From: an uncultured Chloroflexia bacterium
GTDB lineage: Bacteria > Chloroflexota > Anaerolineae > Anaerolineales > Villigracilaceae
NCBI GenBank assembly: GCA_963718215.1
Contig: CAVQYK010000031.1
Span: 396,357 to 460,356 of the forward strand
Direction: 5' to 3'
DNA: 64,000 nt
Part shown: positions 34,093 to 44,876 of the stretch, one piece after another
How positions within the stretch are numbered: position 1 is the stretch's first letter
Layout of the letters: the number at the start of each line of letters is the position of its first letter
The notes under the pieces: model-generated
The model's input: only the letters and a program-made list of their open reading frames with translations
Told to the model about the DNA's origin: nothing
Databases searched by the model: none
Made by a program: the position numbers and the translations under genes

Positions 34093-35619
34093 ATGAAGAA
34101 TACATTGGGGATGTTTTCATTGAAAAACCGCAGAATACTCTTATGGATATTCTGTGTGCTGGCAGTATATTTCCTTGTCTTCCATAACCTGACGCGTTTC
34201 CCCGCCCCCTGGTTCGACGAAGGCTCACACCTGCACGTCCCGAAGACGCTGGTCCAATACGGCGTCTATGCGGACATCAGCAGTGATGGATTCCGCTATT
34301 ACGGACCAACCATCGGCGTGGGGCCGACCGTCATGCTTCCCATTGCAGGGGCGTTCAAACTCTTCGGCATCGGTTTGCTGCAGGCGCGCCTTGTCATGGC
34401 GCTGTATCTGCTCGCCGCGATCTATGTGTTCTATCGCCTGGTCGAACATGTATCGGGGCGGGCGGTGGCTTTGATCGCACTTGCCCTGCTGGTCTCTTCG
34501 CGGAGCATCCTGCTGTTGAATTACGGTCGCCAGTTGCTGGGCGAGGTGCCGGGACTGTTTTTCATTGTCCTGGGGCTGTGGTTGTGGTTTAAGGGCTGGG
34601 GCAGGGATGATTGGAAGCGCTTGTCGTTGATCGGCCTGCTGTTCGGTCTGGCAATGATCACCAAGTACCAGTATCTGCTGTTCCTTGCGCCAACGCTGAT
34701 TCTTTCCTGGATGTTGGATATTTTTTATTACAAGACCTCTTCCCATAAGAACTTTATCATTCCAGGAATGATTGCCGCGTTCTCGTTTGCAGTCTGGCAG
34801 GTAATTACCCTGCAATATCTTGGTCCGGCAACAGCGGCGGAAAATTTTGCGCTGCTGCGGGCATCTGCCGAAGGCGCGGCGTTCAATTTTGACCTCAAGC
34901 AGATAGACGCCAACCTTGTTGAGTTGTTGTCGCGTTCATCCTTTTTAGGCGCGTTGGTACCCGCACTCATCTATGGCTTCGTCATTTCCATTCCGCGCAA
35001 CCGCGACGGTCAAAAGTGGAGCGTGCTTTTCCTGCTGACGGCCTTGAATCTGGGGTGGTTTGTGATCTCATCCATCGGCTGGATCCGATATGCGTTCCTG
35101 GGACTGGCTTTGTCCAGTATTTTTATGGCACGCTTATTCCACGAACTTGCCTACGGACTGAAAATCGAACTGCTGTCGAAATCGGCAGAGACCAAGTTTC
35201 TTTCCCATACGGCATTGACAATCTGGCTGGCGGTCATCATTATGATCCCCATGTTCAAAACCATGGTGCAAATTGCCTCCCCCAAGCCCCCTACGGCTGA
35301 GATGATGGCACACTATCTGGATGAGAACGTTCCCAAAACAGCCATCATCGAAACCTGGGACCCTGAAATGGGCTTCCTGACCGACCACAACTATCATTAT
35401 CCGCCCAATGCCCTGCTCGCTGTTGCCGTGGATCAGGTCTACTACGGAGGCGATATTGTGCAGGATCACTACGATTTTGTCCAAACCGAACAGCCGGATT
35501 ACCTGCTTGCAGGCACATTCTCCAAGTGGACAGAGATCTATCCATTGGATGAACTGGCAGGTCAATATGAACTGGTCGTCACATTTGGAGAGTACGATCT
35601 GTTTCGGCGGATCGAGTAG
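34093..35619 (+). CDS. GT-C membrane glycosyltransferase (ArnT/PMT_2-like)
   Basis: PWFDEG..L, GP, ARL, R...GE, ITKYQ, RY motifs; multi-TM. Confidence 0.8.
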   Translation: MKNTLGMFSLKNRRILLWIFCVLAVYFLVFHNLTRFPAPWFDEGSHLHVPKTLVQYGVYADISSDGFRYYGPTIGVGPTVMLPIAGAFKLFGIGLLQARLVMALYLLAAIYVFYRLVEHVSGRAVALIALALLVSSRSILLLNYGRQLLGEVPGLFFIVLGLWLWFKGWGRDDWKRLSLIGLLFGLAMITKYQYLLFLAPTLILSWMLDIFYYKTSSHKNFIIPGMIAAFSFAVWQVITLQYLGPATAAENFALLRASAEGAAFNFDLKQIDANLVELLSRSSFLGALVPALIYGFVISIPRNRDGQKWSVLFLLTALNLGWFVISSIGWIRYAFLGLALSSIFMARLFHELAYGLKIELLSKSAETKFLSHTALTIWLAVIIMIPMFKTMVQIASPKPPTAEMMAHYLDENVPKTAIIETWDPEMGFLTDHNYHYPPNALLAVAVDQVYYGGDIVQDHYDFVQTEQPDYLLAGTFSKWTEIYPLDELAGQYELVVTFGEYDLFRRIE

Positions 35620-35622
35620 CGA

Positions 35623-37878
35623 ATGAGAAGTTCCAGCGCCAAAAAACTTGTCTGGGTTGAAGCGATCAAGGCGTTTGCCCTGGTCTGGATCTTCATCAAC
35701 CACGTCGCCGAGCAGTTATTCGGCTATCCGTTGATCGCGAACCCGTTCTCGGGCTGGCCGCCTCTCTCCGAACGCATCGCCCAACTTGCCCCGCTGAGCG
35801 GCTTTGGCGCATGGGACATCCCAGTCAACCTGCTCCGCTACCTCGGCTGGTTCGGCGACCAGGGTGTGCAGTTGTTCCTCATCGCCAGCGGATTCGGTCT
35901 CACGTGGGGGCTGTTGAACCGCCAGCCCGACAAACCCATCAGCCTGCTTCCCTTCTACAAAAGCCGCGCCGCGCGGCTTTATCCGTTATGGTGGGGCGTT
36001 CATATCCTGTTCATGCTTACGTGGTTTGCGACCGGCTGGGGGCTGTCCCTGTTCGAGCCTGCGACATGGCTGAGTTTTCTCGGCATCCGTCTTACCCCCG
36101 AACTGCTCTACTACTTCGCGCCCGCCTGGTGGTATTTCTGGCTGATCGTCCAGTTATACCTGGTCTTCCCGTTCCTTTGGGACGCGCTCCGTAAATGGGG
36201 TCCCTTCCGTCTCCTGCTGTGGACCAGCCTCATCGCCTTGGTCGTTCGCGGCGCCGGATTGTTCGTTTTTGATTCCTACCTCGACGCCTGGGAGCGCGGC
36301 GCGATCTTCATCACGCGCCTGCCGGAGTTTGTCTTTGGCATCAGCCTGGCGTCCTGGATGTTCTCACAGCCGGAAGCGGCACAAAAACGTCTGACCTCTC
36401 CCTGGACGACCCTCGCCTCCCTCGCGGCGTATGCAAGCGGCATTGGGCTGGCTCTCTCCCTCGCTGGCATGACCGTCGCCCCCTTCCTGCTGGGCGTATC
36501 CGCATTCATCCTGCTCTATCAGGTTTTCGTCAAACTCCTCCCTCGCTCCCCCCGCTGGCTGACCTCCGCCGCCGAATGGACGGGCAAACACTCGTACTCA
36601 CTCTATCTGATCCATCATCCAGTCATCCTGGCCCTCGTCTCCTACGGCGCGGCGATCGCCCTGGGATCGTTCTTCAGGGTGGGGGCGGCGTTCGTCCTGA
36701 TGATCGTCATGGGACTTGCGCTGGAATGGGGCGTGGACTTTTCCCAAACCCGCCTCCGCAGACTGCGGGAAAAACTGGGAACGCCCCGCCTCCTCCTTGC
36801 CTCAGGCCTGGTCGCCGGGACGATGATCCTGCTCCTCCTCGGAGCCGAACTCCTCGTCCGCCGCCTCGACCCGCAGGAAGTCCGCGGCTGGGGCGAACGT
36901 CCCGCCCTCGAGATGGACTCCCAATTCGGCTGGAAACTGATCCCCTCCCAGACCACCCGCCTGCGCTGGCTCAGTTACGACTACACCGTGGAAGCCAACT
37001 CCCTCGGCTTTCCGGTCCCGGAATACCCGCAGCAAAAGCCCGAGGGCGTCTTCCGCATCCTGGTCACGGGGGACGCGTTCTCCAGCGCTGAGGGCGTGGA
37101 CACAGGTCAGGGGTGGAGCCGCCTGCTCGAGTCACGTTTGAACGGGATGGCGGGCGGCAAAAAGGTCGAAGTGCTTAACTTCTCCATGACGGGCTACGGT
37201 CCCAACCAGTACGCGGAAGTCGTCAATGAGTTCGCGCCGCGTTATCAGGTGGACCTGGTTGTCGTGGAAGTCTTCGTCAACGACTTTCAGGATGCCCTGT
37301 GGACGAACGAGGACTTCCAGTACAACATCGGCTTCTACAATGGAGATTCCAGTGGTATGTCCTCGATCCTCAAACTGGAAAGCCTGCGTTCGTGGACGGA
37401 CCTCAACATCAAACAGAGATTGCAGGAAACCTTGCAGGGCGAACCGAACGCGCAGGGATATTTCCTTGGTCACTTTGCCACGCTGGAACGCTCGGAACTG
37501 GAAACCCTGAACTATGCCCGCGACTTCGTGAAGGAGGATCTGCAGCAGATTCAAACCACAGCGGAGGGAATCGGCGCGCAGGTGATTTTGGTCATGGCAC
37601 CCTCCTCCGTGCAGGTTTGCTCCCCGGACGCCCTCGCCTACTACCCCCGTCATATTGACCTCGCCGACTCAACCCGCTTCGACGTTGAACAACCCCAGCG
37701 CCTCATGACCGAAATTGCGGGTTCGCTTGGTTTGTCCCTCTACGACCTGCGTGATGCCCTGACCGCCCCCGCCCAATGCCCTTACCAGCCCCGCAACATG
37801 CATTGGACGGTGGAAGGGCATCAGGTTGTATCTGAATACCTGGCTGACCTGTTGGTTCAAAACGGTTACATCCCTTAA
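35623..37878 (+). CDS. Acyltransferase-3 domain fused to an SGNH/AlgX-like domain (OafA/OatA architecture)
   Basis: GVQLFLIASGFGL, R..RLYP, WYF.LIVQLYL.FP, SYSLYLIHHP; then GD(A)F, GYGP.Q, ND, HW..EGH. Confidence 0.85.
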   Translation: MRSSSAKKLVWVEAIKAFALVWIFINHVAEQLFGYPLIANPFSGWPPLSERIAQLAPLSGFGAWDIPVNLLRYLGWFGDQGVQLFLIASGFGLTWGLLNRQPDKPISLLPFYKSRAARLYPLWWGVHILFMLTWFATGWGLSLFEPATWLSFLGIRLTPELLYYFAPAWWYFWLIVQLYLVFPFLWDALRKWGPFRLLLWTSLIALVVRGAGLFVFDSYLDAWERGAIFITRLPEFVFGISLASWMFSQPEAAQKRLTSPWTTLASLAAYASGIGLALSLAGMTVAPFLLGVSAFILLYQVFVKLLPRSPRWLTSAAEWTGKHSYSLYLIHHPVILALVSYGAAIALGSFFRVGAAFVLMIVMGLALEWGVDFSQTRLRRLREKLGTPRLLLASGLVAGTMILLLLGAELLVRRLDPQEVRGWGERPALEMDSQFGWKLIPSQTTRLRWLSYDYTVEANSLGFPVPEYPQQKPEGVFRILVTGDAFSSAEGVDTGQGWSRLLESRLNGMAGGKKVEVLNFSMTGYGPNQYAEVVNEFAPRYQVDLVVVEVFVNDFQDALWTNEDFQYNIGFYNGDSSGMSSILKLESLRSWTDLNIKQRLQETLQGEPNAQGYFLGHFATLERSELETLNYARDFVKEDLQQIQTTAEGIGAQVILVMAPSSVQVCSPDALAYYPRHIDLADSTRFDVEQPQRLMTEIAGSLGLSLYDLRDALTAPAQCPYQPRNMHWTVEGHQVVSEYLADLLVQNGYIP

Positions 37879-37894
37879 TGATGGAGAAACGCTC

Positions 37895-39493
37895 ATGGAA
37901 CGATTAAGAAAATCCTGGGGGCTTGCCTCCGCCCAACTGGAAGCGGCAACCTCCCTTTTCCCAAAGACCGTTCAGGTAATCCTGATCGGAATCGTCGTCC
38001 TGATCGCCCTCTTCCGCCTGGCGACCATCAGCGTTCCCTCCCTCGAATGGACCTCCTGGAAGGAAATTGACTACCTGACGATCTCCCGCAACTTCTGGCA
38101 GAACGGTTTCAATCCCCTCCAGCCCGAAGTGACCTGGCCCGCCGAACCGCCGCGCGTCACCGAGATGGAATTGCCGCTGGTTCCCTACACCTCTGCGTTG
38201 CTTTATCAGCTTTTCGGATACAGCCCCTTCACTGCCCGCGCGGTCACCCTGTTTTCCTCGCTTCTCATGATCGTTTATGTCTTCAAGCTTGCGCGGCGCG
38301 AGTTCAACCCCTTCATCGGGCTGTTGTCCGCGCTGGCGGCGGGCGTTTTGCCCCTCTACCATCCCTTCAGCCGCCTCCTGTTCACCGAGCCGACCATGAT
38401 CGCCATGTCGGTGGTCTCGATCTACTACATGGCGGAATGGGCGGACAACCCAAACCGCCGCAACTGGATCCTGGCGATCCTGTCCCTCTCCCTGACCTTC
38501 TCCCTCAAACTCGAGACTCTCTACCTGCTCCTGCCCCTCACCTGGATCGTCTTCCGCAAACATCAATTCAAACTCGGTCAATACTGGAAATTCGCCCTGC
38601 TGATCGCGGCCTCCCTGGTCCTCCCGGTCATCTGGTACGCCTATGCCTACTACCTCGAGACCATTGGCGCGCATCTGTTCGGCATCTTCAAGGGCCACGA
38701 CAAATCGCAGTTCACCACCCTCCTGCTCGACCTCCGCTGGTACCGCACCATGGCGGGCAGGGTCATCAACGGCATCACGGGCGGCCTCTATGGTTTCGGC
38801 TTGTTTGGTCTGGGCTTCCTCTACCTTCTCCTCAACCGCAAAGGCTCGCTGGTCTTCGCCTACTTCCTGGCGGTAGCCGCCTACTTCGGGCTGATCGCCG
38901 AAGGTCAGATCGACGCGCCATACCGGCAGATGCCCATCATCCCGGTCATGTCCATCTTTGTCGCATTTGGCGCGCAGACCTTGATGACTGCCCTGCTTGC
39001 CGCCTATGACCAGCTCAAAGGGCTGACCTCCACCGGCAAGACCCTCTCCCGCCTGGCGCTGACCGTCTCTTTCCTGTTCGTGCTGCTGGTCCCCTTCCAA
39101 CAACTTGATGAGGTGCTGATAGCGGATTCCCCCGCCCACGCCGACCGCTGGGACCTTGCCCAGGAGATCAGGAAGACCGCCGATGCGGACAGCAAACTGG
39201 CGGTTGTGGGCGAATACTCCAAGCACGTTGGCGGCTATGACCTCAGTCCTGCGTTGTTCTATTATTCCGACCTGCAGGGCTGGAGCCTGACGTCAGACCA
39301 GTGGAGCGCGGAACGGGTTGAAGAATTGAGGGCGAAAGGAGCGACTCATCTTGTGTTCATCCTGCCCTACGGTTACCCATACGATTTCATCTACCTGCCA
39401 GATGAACCGGTCGACCCGTTCATACAGGAAATGCGGGCAAAATACCCGGTCCTGTATGAGTATAACGACCAACTCGTTCTGGATTTGAGATGA
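37895..39493 (+). CDS. GT-C membrane glycosyltransferase (ArnT/PMT_2-like)
   Basis: W.E.D...I.RNF, E.PL..Y, R...TEP motifs; multi-TM. Confidence 0.75.
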   Translation: MERLRKSWGLASAQLEAATSLFPKTVQVILIGIVVLIALFRLATISVPSLEWTSWKEIDYLTISRNFWQNGFNPLQPEVTWPAEPPRVTEMELPLVPYTSALLYQLFGYSPFTARAVTLFSSLLMIVYVFKLARREFNPFIGLLSALAAGVLPLYHPFSRLLFTEPTMIAMSVVSIYYMAEWADNPNRRNWILAILSLSLTFSLKLETLYLLLPLTWIVFRKHQFKLGQYWKFALLIAASLVLPVIWYAYAYYLETIGAHLFGIFKGHDKSQFTTLLLDLRWYRTMAGRVINGITGGLYGFGLFGLGFLYLLLNRKGSLVFAYFLAVAAYFGLIAEGQIDAPYRQMPIIPVMSIFVAFGAQTLMTALLAAYDQLKGLTSTGKTLSRLALTVSFLFVLLVPFQQLDEVLIADSPAHADRWDLAQEIRKTADADSKLAVVGEYSKHVGGYDLSPALFYYSDLQGWSLTSDQWSAERVEELRAKGATHLVFILPYGYPYDFIYLPDEPVDPFIQEMRAKYPVLYEYNDQLVLDLR

Positions 39494-39494
39494 C

Positions 39495-42370
39495 ATGACC
39501 AAGCACCATTCACACACCACACTCAACAGCGAGTACGGCAGGATTCGCGCCGGGGATGGAAAAAACCTCTCTCTGACCCGCCGCGAATTCATGCAGACCG
39601 GCGTGGTGCTCCTGAGTGGGGCTGTCCTGCCGAGCTTCCTCGCTGACCTGAGCACGGGCGGCTTGGCGCAGGATTTCACAGGCAAAGCGCATCTACATCG
39701 CCCCGGACGACCACACCGATTTGTTCTGGACCGCCGACCTGCCTGCCTACGAGCAGGCCTTCATCGACATGCTGGATTACTACCTCGACCTGGCGGACCG
39801 GACGCAGAACGAACCTCCCGAATTCCAGAGCCGCTGGAACTGCGACGGCAGTTACTGGATGTGGGTCTACGAAAAGAATAAATCGCAGGCGGAATTCAAC
39901 CGCCTGATCGAGAGGATCCGAAGCGGGCACATCAGCATGCCCCTGAATGCCCTGTGCATCTGCCCGGGCGGCGCGCCTGCCGAGGCGGTCCTGCGCGGCA
40001 TGTACTACCCCGGCAAACTGGAACGGCGTCATAACCTGCGCTTCCCGATTGCCTACTCGATGGAGAACCAGACCCTGCCCTTCGGGCTGGGCGCGCTCTG
40101 GTCCGGTTCCGGCGCGACCTTCAGTTGGAAGGGCATCTGCGAGTGCGCCACCCAGGTCCCCGATGCCTGGGACCGCGAACATGACATCTACTGGTGGGCC
40201 GGCGCAGACGGCAGCCGCCTCCTGATGAAGTGGAACTCGATGCTGACCGGCAACCAGGGCATGGGAGGCTATGCCGAGGCGCGGTATCCCCAGGAGGTCG
40301 TCAATTATGTCGACTCCGACGAGTCGTTCAAAGCCCGCTATCCCTATCAGGTGATCGGCGCATTCGGTCACGGCTGGGACGACCTCCAGACCCAGACCGA
40401 CCGCTTCGTTGAAGTTGCAAAGAATCTTTCCAATCAGAACTTCAAGGTGATCGTCTCCAACGAGATCGATTTTGCCCAGGACTTCGAGAAGACCTACGGG
40501 AACGACATCCCCTCCCTTTCCGCCAGTTTCGGCAACGAGTGGGACCTAGACTGTGCGAGCATGGCAGAAGTTTCTGCACGGTATAAGCGCGCGGTCGAGA
40601 AACTAAGAACAGCGGAAAGCCTGGCGACGCTGGTTTCCCTGAAACAGAACGATTTCATGCAGGGGCGCGACGATGCACGCGACCTGGCATGGATGAACAT
40701 GGGTCTGTTCTGGGAGCACAACTGGCAGGGCGCTCCCTGGGAGAACCACGTCCAAAACAGCATTGCCTGGCATCGCAAGATCACCGGTGAGATCGAAGGC
40801 TATGTCAATTCCCTGCATGATGGCGCAGTCCAATCCCTCGGTGGCATGATCCAAAAGAATGGCGCGAATGAACGGTTCTTTGTCTTCAATCCGCTCAGTT
40901 GGGCGCGCACCGATTATGCCGATTACGAATACAACGGCGCCGAACCCGTCCACGTCCTCAGCGTGGAAGATGATCGGGAAATGCCGAGCCAGTTCATCGT
41001 CAAGGATGGGAAGCGCTGGCTGCAGAATCCTTGCGGAGAACGTGCCCTCCGTCGGATACAAAGTCTTCGAGATACGCCAGGGCGCGGGTCAGTCGTTCTC
41101 CAATGAGATCAATGTCAGCGGGGGCGTGATCGAAAACCGTTTCTACAAAGTGACGGTGGATGGACGCGGAGCCATCACCAGCCTGGTGGGCAAGACGCGC
41201 GGCAATCGTGAACTGGCAGCGGAGATGGCTGGACGCTTCATCAATGACCTGGGACCGGGTGCTGGCAATGTACAGCTCGAAAACGAAGGGCTTGTTTCGA
41301 CGACCCTGCTGGCGACATCCGATTCGCCGCTTGCGCACACGTCCCGCATAACCTTGTTTCGCGATATAGACCGCATAGAGATCCAGAACGACATCACGCA
41401 AAACTTCAACGCGACCAGCACCTGGGGATTTGGCTTCGCGTTACAAAATCCCGACGTGCATCATGAAGAAGTTGGCGCGATCCTGCGCGCGAGGCTAACC
41501 ACCGATGGCGGGCATTATTCGCCGCGCAACGCCCGCTACGACTGGCTGACTCTCAACCACTTTGTGGATGTCGGTGACGATGGGTTAGGCATAACCCTCT
41601 CGAACGCCGATTGTTATTTCATGCGTGTAGGAAATAGCACGGTGGGCGAATTGGATACGAATACGCCGCAAATTTCTGTACTGGTGGGCGGCAATGACTT
41701 GAACGGCGGTGGTGTGCTGGGCGACCAGGGGGGTGACGATCGATTCCTTCAGCGTTTTGCCTTGCGGTCTCACGATGGCTACGCCCCAGTCTCTGCGATG
41801 AAATTTTCTTTGGAACACCAAAACCCGCTCGTGGCGGGACGGGTCGACGGCGGAGACGAGTATCCCGAACGAACTTATTCACTTCTCTCACTGGATAATC
41901 CGAATGTCCTGCTTTGGGCGTTGAAACCGGCGGACGATGGGCTTGAGTCTGGGTTTGTTGCCCGGGTGTGGAATGTTTCGGATGAGGCGGGTGGCGTTTC
42001 CCTCTCGTTCGACGGCGGGGTTGCCGAAGCGTTGTTGCTGACGCACATCGAAACACCCGTTGGGATCGGTGCAGTGCAGGATGGCAGGCTGACAGACCTG
42101 ATCAACCAACAGCAGATCAAGACCTATGCCATTTTCCCTGCGGATTTGCCTTATAGGCCGGATACATCCGATCTGCCTGCTGCCACTGCAACGCCGCCTG
42201 TCAGCCTGCCGCCTCCGACAGCCACCGTGGATGCCGGAACTGGTTCTCCCGTTCCTGTAACGAATACCCCACCGCCTCCGTCATTTACACAGACTGCAGA
42301 GCCTTCCGGCCAGGGTGGGAAGGGCTGTCTGTTTGGAATGTTGTACATTCTGGGATTTTTGAAGCAATAA
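39495..42370 (+). CDS. Tat-exported GH38-like glycoside hydrolase with Pro/Thr linker and short C-terminal hydrophobic anchor (frameshifts ~39690, ~41030)
   Basis: LTRREFMQTG Tat motif; frame-corrected YIAPDDHTDLFW GH38-type metal motif; WEHNW; C-terminal beta-sandwich; GGKGCLFGMLYILGFLKQ end. Confidence 0.7.
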
Positions 42371-42472
42371 ACAAATTTGTGGGTTGCGGATTGCCATAAG
42401 CGTGACATAATCCACCTGTGGCAACCATTGTTGGCATAATAAATTTTTTACAAGGAAATGGAGGAATAATCT

Positions 42473-43456
42473 ATGGATCCGGTCAGAATTGGTGTCATTG
42501 GCACCGGCAGGATGGGGCAGAGTCATTGCCGCGTGTATTCGAATTTGCGGCATGCAAAGTTCGTCGGTATTTGCGACGCGAATGCCGATGTGGGCAAGGA
42601 AATGGCGCGCAGGCATGAAGTCTCGTTTTTCAGGGACGTGGATGCCCTGCTCGAGAACGTGGACGCGGTGAGCGTCTGCACGCCCACGCCTCACCATTAT
42701 GAGATCGTGAAACGTTGCCTGGAACGGGACATCCATGTCATGGTGGAGAAACCGTTCACAGAAACGCTGGAGCAGGCTGAGGCGTTGAAGGAAGCGGCTT
42801 CAAAGAGCAAGGCGGTCGTCCAGGTGGGGCATATCGAGAAATACAATCCAGCCTACATCGAACTTCGCAAGGTGCTGGAGGGGATGGAAGTCCTGGCGAT
42901 GAACTTCAACCGCCTGAGCCCGTTCCAGGGCAGCAATGTGGATGTGGATGTCGTCCTGGACCTGATGATCCACGATATCGGTCTGGTCGTGGACCTGTTC
43001 GACAAGGAGCCCGTGTCCATGGACGCGCATGGGTTTGCCGTTTTCACGGATACCATCGATTACGGCATGGCGATCCTGAAGTATGACCCCGAACAGTTGT
43101 TGACGCTGACCGCTTCGCGCGTGACCGAACAGAAGATCCGCGCCATCTCGGTCACGACACGGGATGCCTACATTGAAGCCGACCTTTTGCATAAGACCAT
43201 CGAGGTTCACCGCCGTACGCTGGGCGATTACGTCAACCAGAAGAACAGTCACAAGTACCGCCAGGAAAGCCTGATCGAACGCATCGTGGTCCCCGCCATG
43301 GAACCGTTGTTCCTCGAATTGCAGGATTTTGTCACATCCGTGGCGGAAAACAAGACACCGCAGGTCACTGCTGCGGATGGTTACAACGCTCTGCGGTTTG
43401 TGCTCATATTGCGGGATAAAATTTTAGAGTCAAGAAGGATCAAGAATTTGGCATGA
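42473..43456 (+). CDS. Gfo/Idh/MocA oxidoreductase (WbpB/WlbA-like sugar 3-dehydrogenase)
   Basis: IGTGRMG, TPT..H, VEKP, VGHIE..NP, DLMIHDI. Confidence 0.85.
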   Translation: MDPVRIGVIGTGRMGQSHCRVYSNLRHAKFVGICDANADVGKEMARRHEVSFFRDVDALLENVDAVSVCTPTPHHYEIVKRCLERDIHVMVEKPFTETLEQAEALKEAASKSKAVVQVGHIEKYNPAYIELRKVLEGMEVLAMNFNRLSPFQGSNVDVDVVLDLMIHDIGLVVDLFDKEPVSMDAHGFAVFTDTIDYGMAILKYDPEQLLTLTASRVTEQKIRAISVTTRDAYIEADLLHKTIEVHRRTLGDYVNQKNSHKYRQESLIERIVVPAMEPLFLELQDFVTSVAENKTPQVTAADGYNALRFVLILRDKILESRRIKNLA

Positions 43457-44220
43457 AACTATCGGTTGTTGTACCCTGCTTTAATGAAGAAGATAATATT
43501 GATAAACTGAAAACCGAATTCTTCCCGGTGATCGAGAAACTCCTGGGGAGCCGCGTGGACGGCGGGCAGATCGACTCCATCGAGGTCATTTTTGTGGACG
43601 ATGGCAGCCGGGATAATACCTACAATGCCCTGAAAGATGCGTTCGGCTTGTATAAGCATCCTTCGATTTCCGTGAAGTTCGAGAAGCACCAGGTAAACCG
43701 CGGCTTGGGCGCGGCGATGCGTACCGGGTTTCGGGGTGATAACGCGGCGATATTGTCGTGACGACCGACAGTGACGGCACCTATCATTTTTCGACCATCC
43801 CTGCCATGCTTGGAACATCTCAAAGGAGATGTGGCGATCGTCACCGCCTCGCCCTACCATCCGAAAGGGGAGGTGGTGGGCGTGCCGGGCTACCGCATCT
43901 TCCTCAGCCGCGGCTCGTCAATGCTTTATCGCATTTTGCTAAGCTGGAAGGTGCATACCTATACCGCGCTGTACCGCGCTTATCGCCGCGAGGTGATCGA
44001 CCGCATCCCCTTTGCCGCCGACGATTTTCTGGGCGGCACCGAACTGATGGTGAAAGCCATGCTCAAGGGGTACCAGGTGGATGAGTTCCCTGCCGCGCTT
44101 CATCGCCGCATGTTCGGCGTCTCCAAGGCAAAATTGATGAAGACGATCATGTCGCACCTCAATTTCCAGGCGCGGCTCGTGCTTCACCGTCTTCACCTGC
44201 GTTCCATGTTCGCTGATTAG
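43453..44220 (+). CDS. GT2 polyprenol-phosphate glycosyltransferase (DPM1-like), frameshifted
   Basis: VVPCFNEE, VDDGSRD, NRGLG.A..TG, DSD..Y, ASPYHP.G, RAYRR. Confidence 0.8.
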
Positions 44221-44270
44221 TCTGAACCTATGCAGGAGATTGATCCTGCTTTTATGAAAGGAAAATATCT

Positions 44271-44876
44271 ATGGGTGTTCGAATTCATCCGACAGCTGAA
44301 GTGTCGGAAAAGGCAAGGATCGGGGAGGGGTCGAGCGTCTGGCATCATGCCCAGGTGCGCGAAGAGGTTTCCATCGGTGAGAACTGCATCATCGGGAAGG
44401 GTGTCTACGTGGATGCAGGTGTCTCCATTGGGAACAATGTCAAGATCCAGAACTACGTGTCGGTCTACCACGGCCTGACCATCGAGGACGGCGTTTTTAT
44501 CGGTCCTCATGTCTGTTTTACGAATGACATGCGGCCACGCGCCGTCAACCCCGACGGTTCGCTCAAAGCCGCCGACGATTGGGTGCTGAGCGAAACGGTC
44601 GTCAAGCGCGGCGCGGCACTCGGTGCCAATTCCACAATCCGCTGCGGCATTACCATCGGTGAGTGGGCGATGGTGGGTTCCGGCAGTGTTGTCACCAGGG
44701 ATGTCCCTGCGCACGGTCTGGTGTACGGCAACCCGGCGCACCTGCACGGATTTGTCTGTGCCTGCGGCGAGATCACCGAAAAGCACTCGCAGAACGACCA
44801 GGCGGTCACCGTCAAATGCCCGAAGTGCAGCCGTACGTTGGAAATTTCAATTCAAGATTGGGAGAAACTAAGATGA
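44271..44876 (+). CDS. Hexapeptide N-acetyltransferase (WbpD/WlbB-like)
   Basis: [24 protein letters not shown]...FTND..PR, GNPA...G.VC.CG and a CPKC tail. Confidence 0.88.
   Translation: MGVRIHPTAEVSEKARIGEGSSVWHHAQVREEVSIGENCIIGKGVYVDAGVSIGNNVKIQNYVSVYHGLTIEDGVFIGPHVCFTNDMRPRAVNPDGSLKAADDWVLSETVVKRGAALGANSTIRCGITIGEWAMVGSGSVVTRDVPAHGLVYGNPAHLHGFVCACGEITEKHSQNDQAVTVKCPKCSRTLEISIQDWEKLR

Noticed and set aside
5981-39226. Long antisense ORFs (e.g. 5981..7060, 25552..27075, 28608..30035, 37904..39226)
   Set aside because: They shadow well-supported + strand genes, as expected from high-GC codon bias, and have no family motifs
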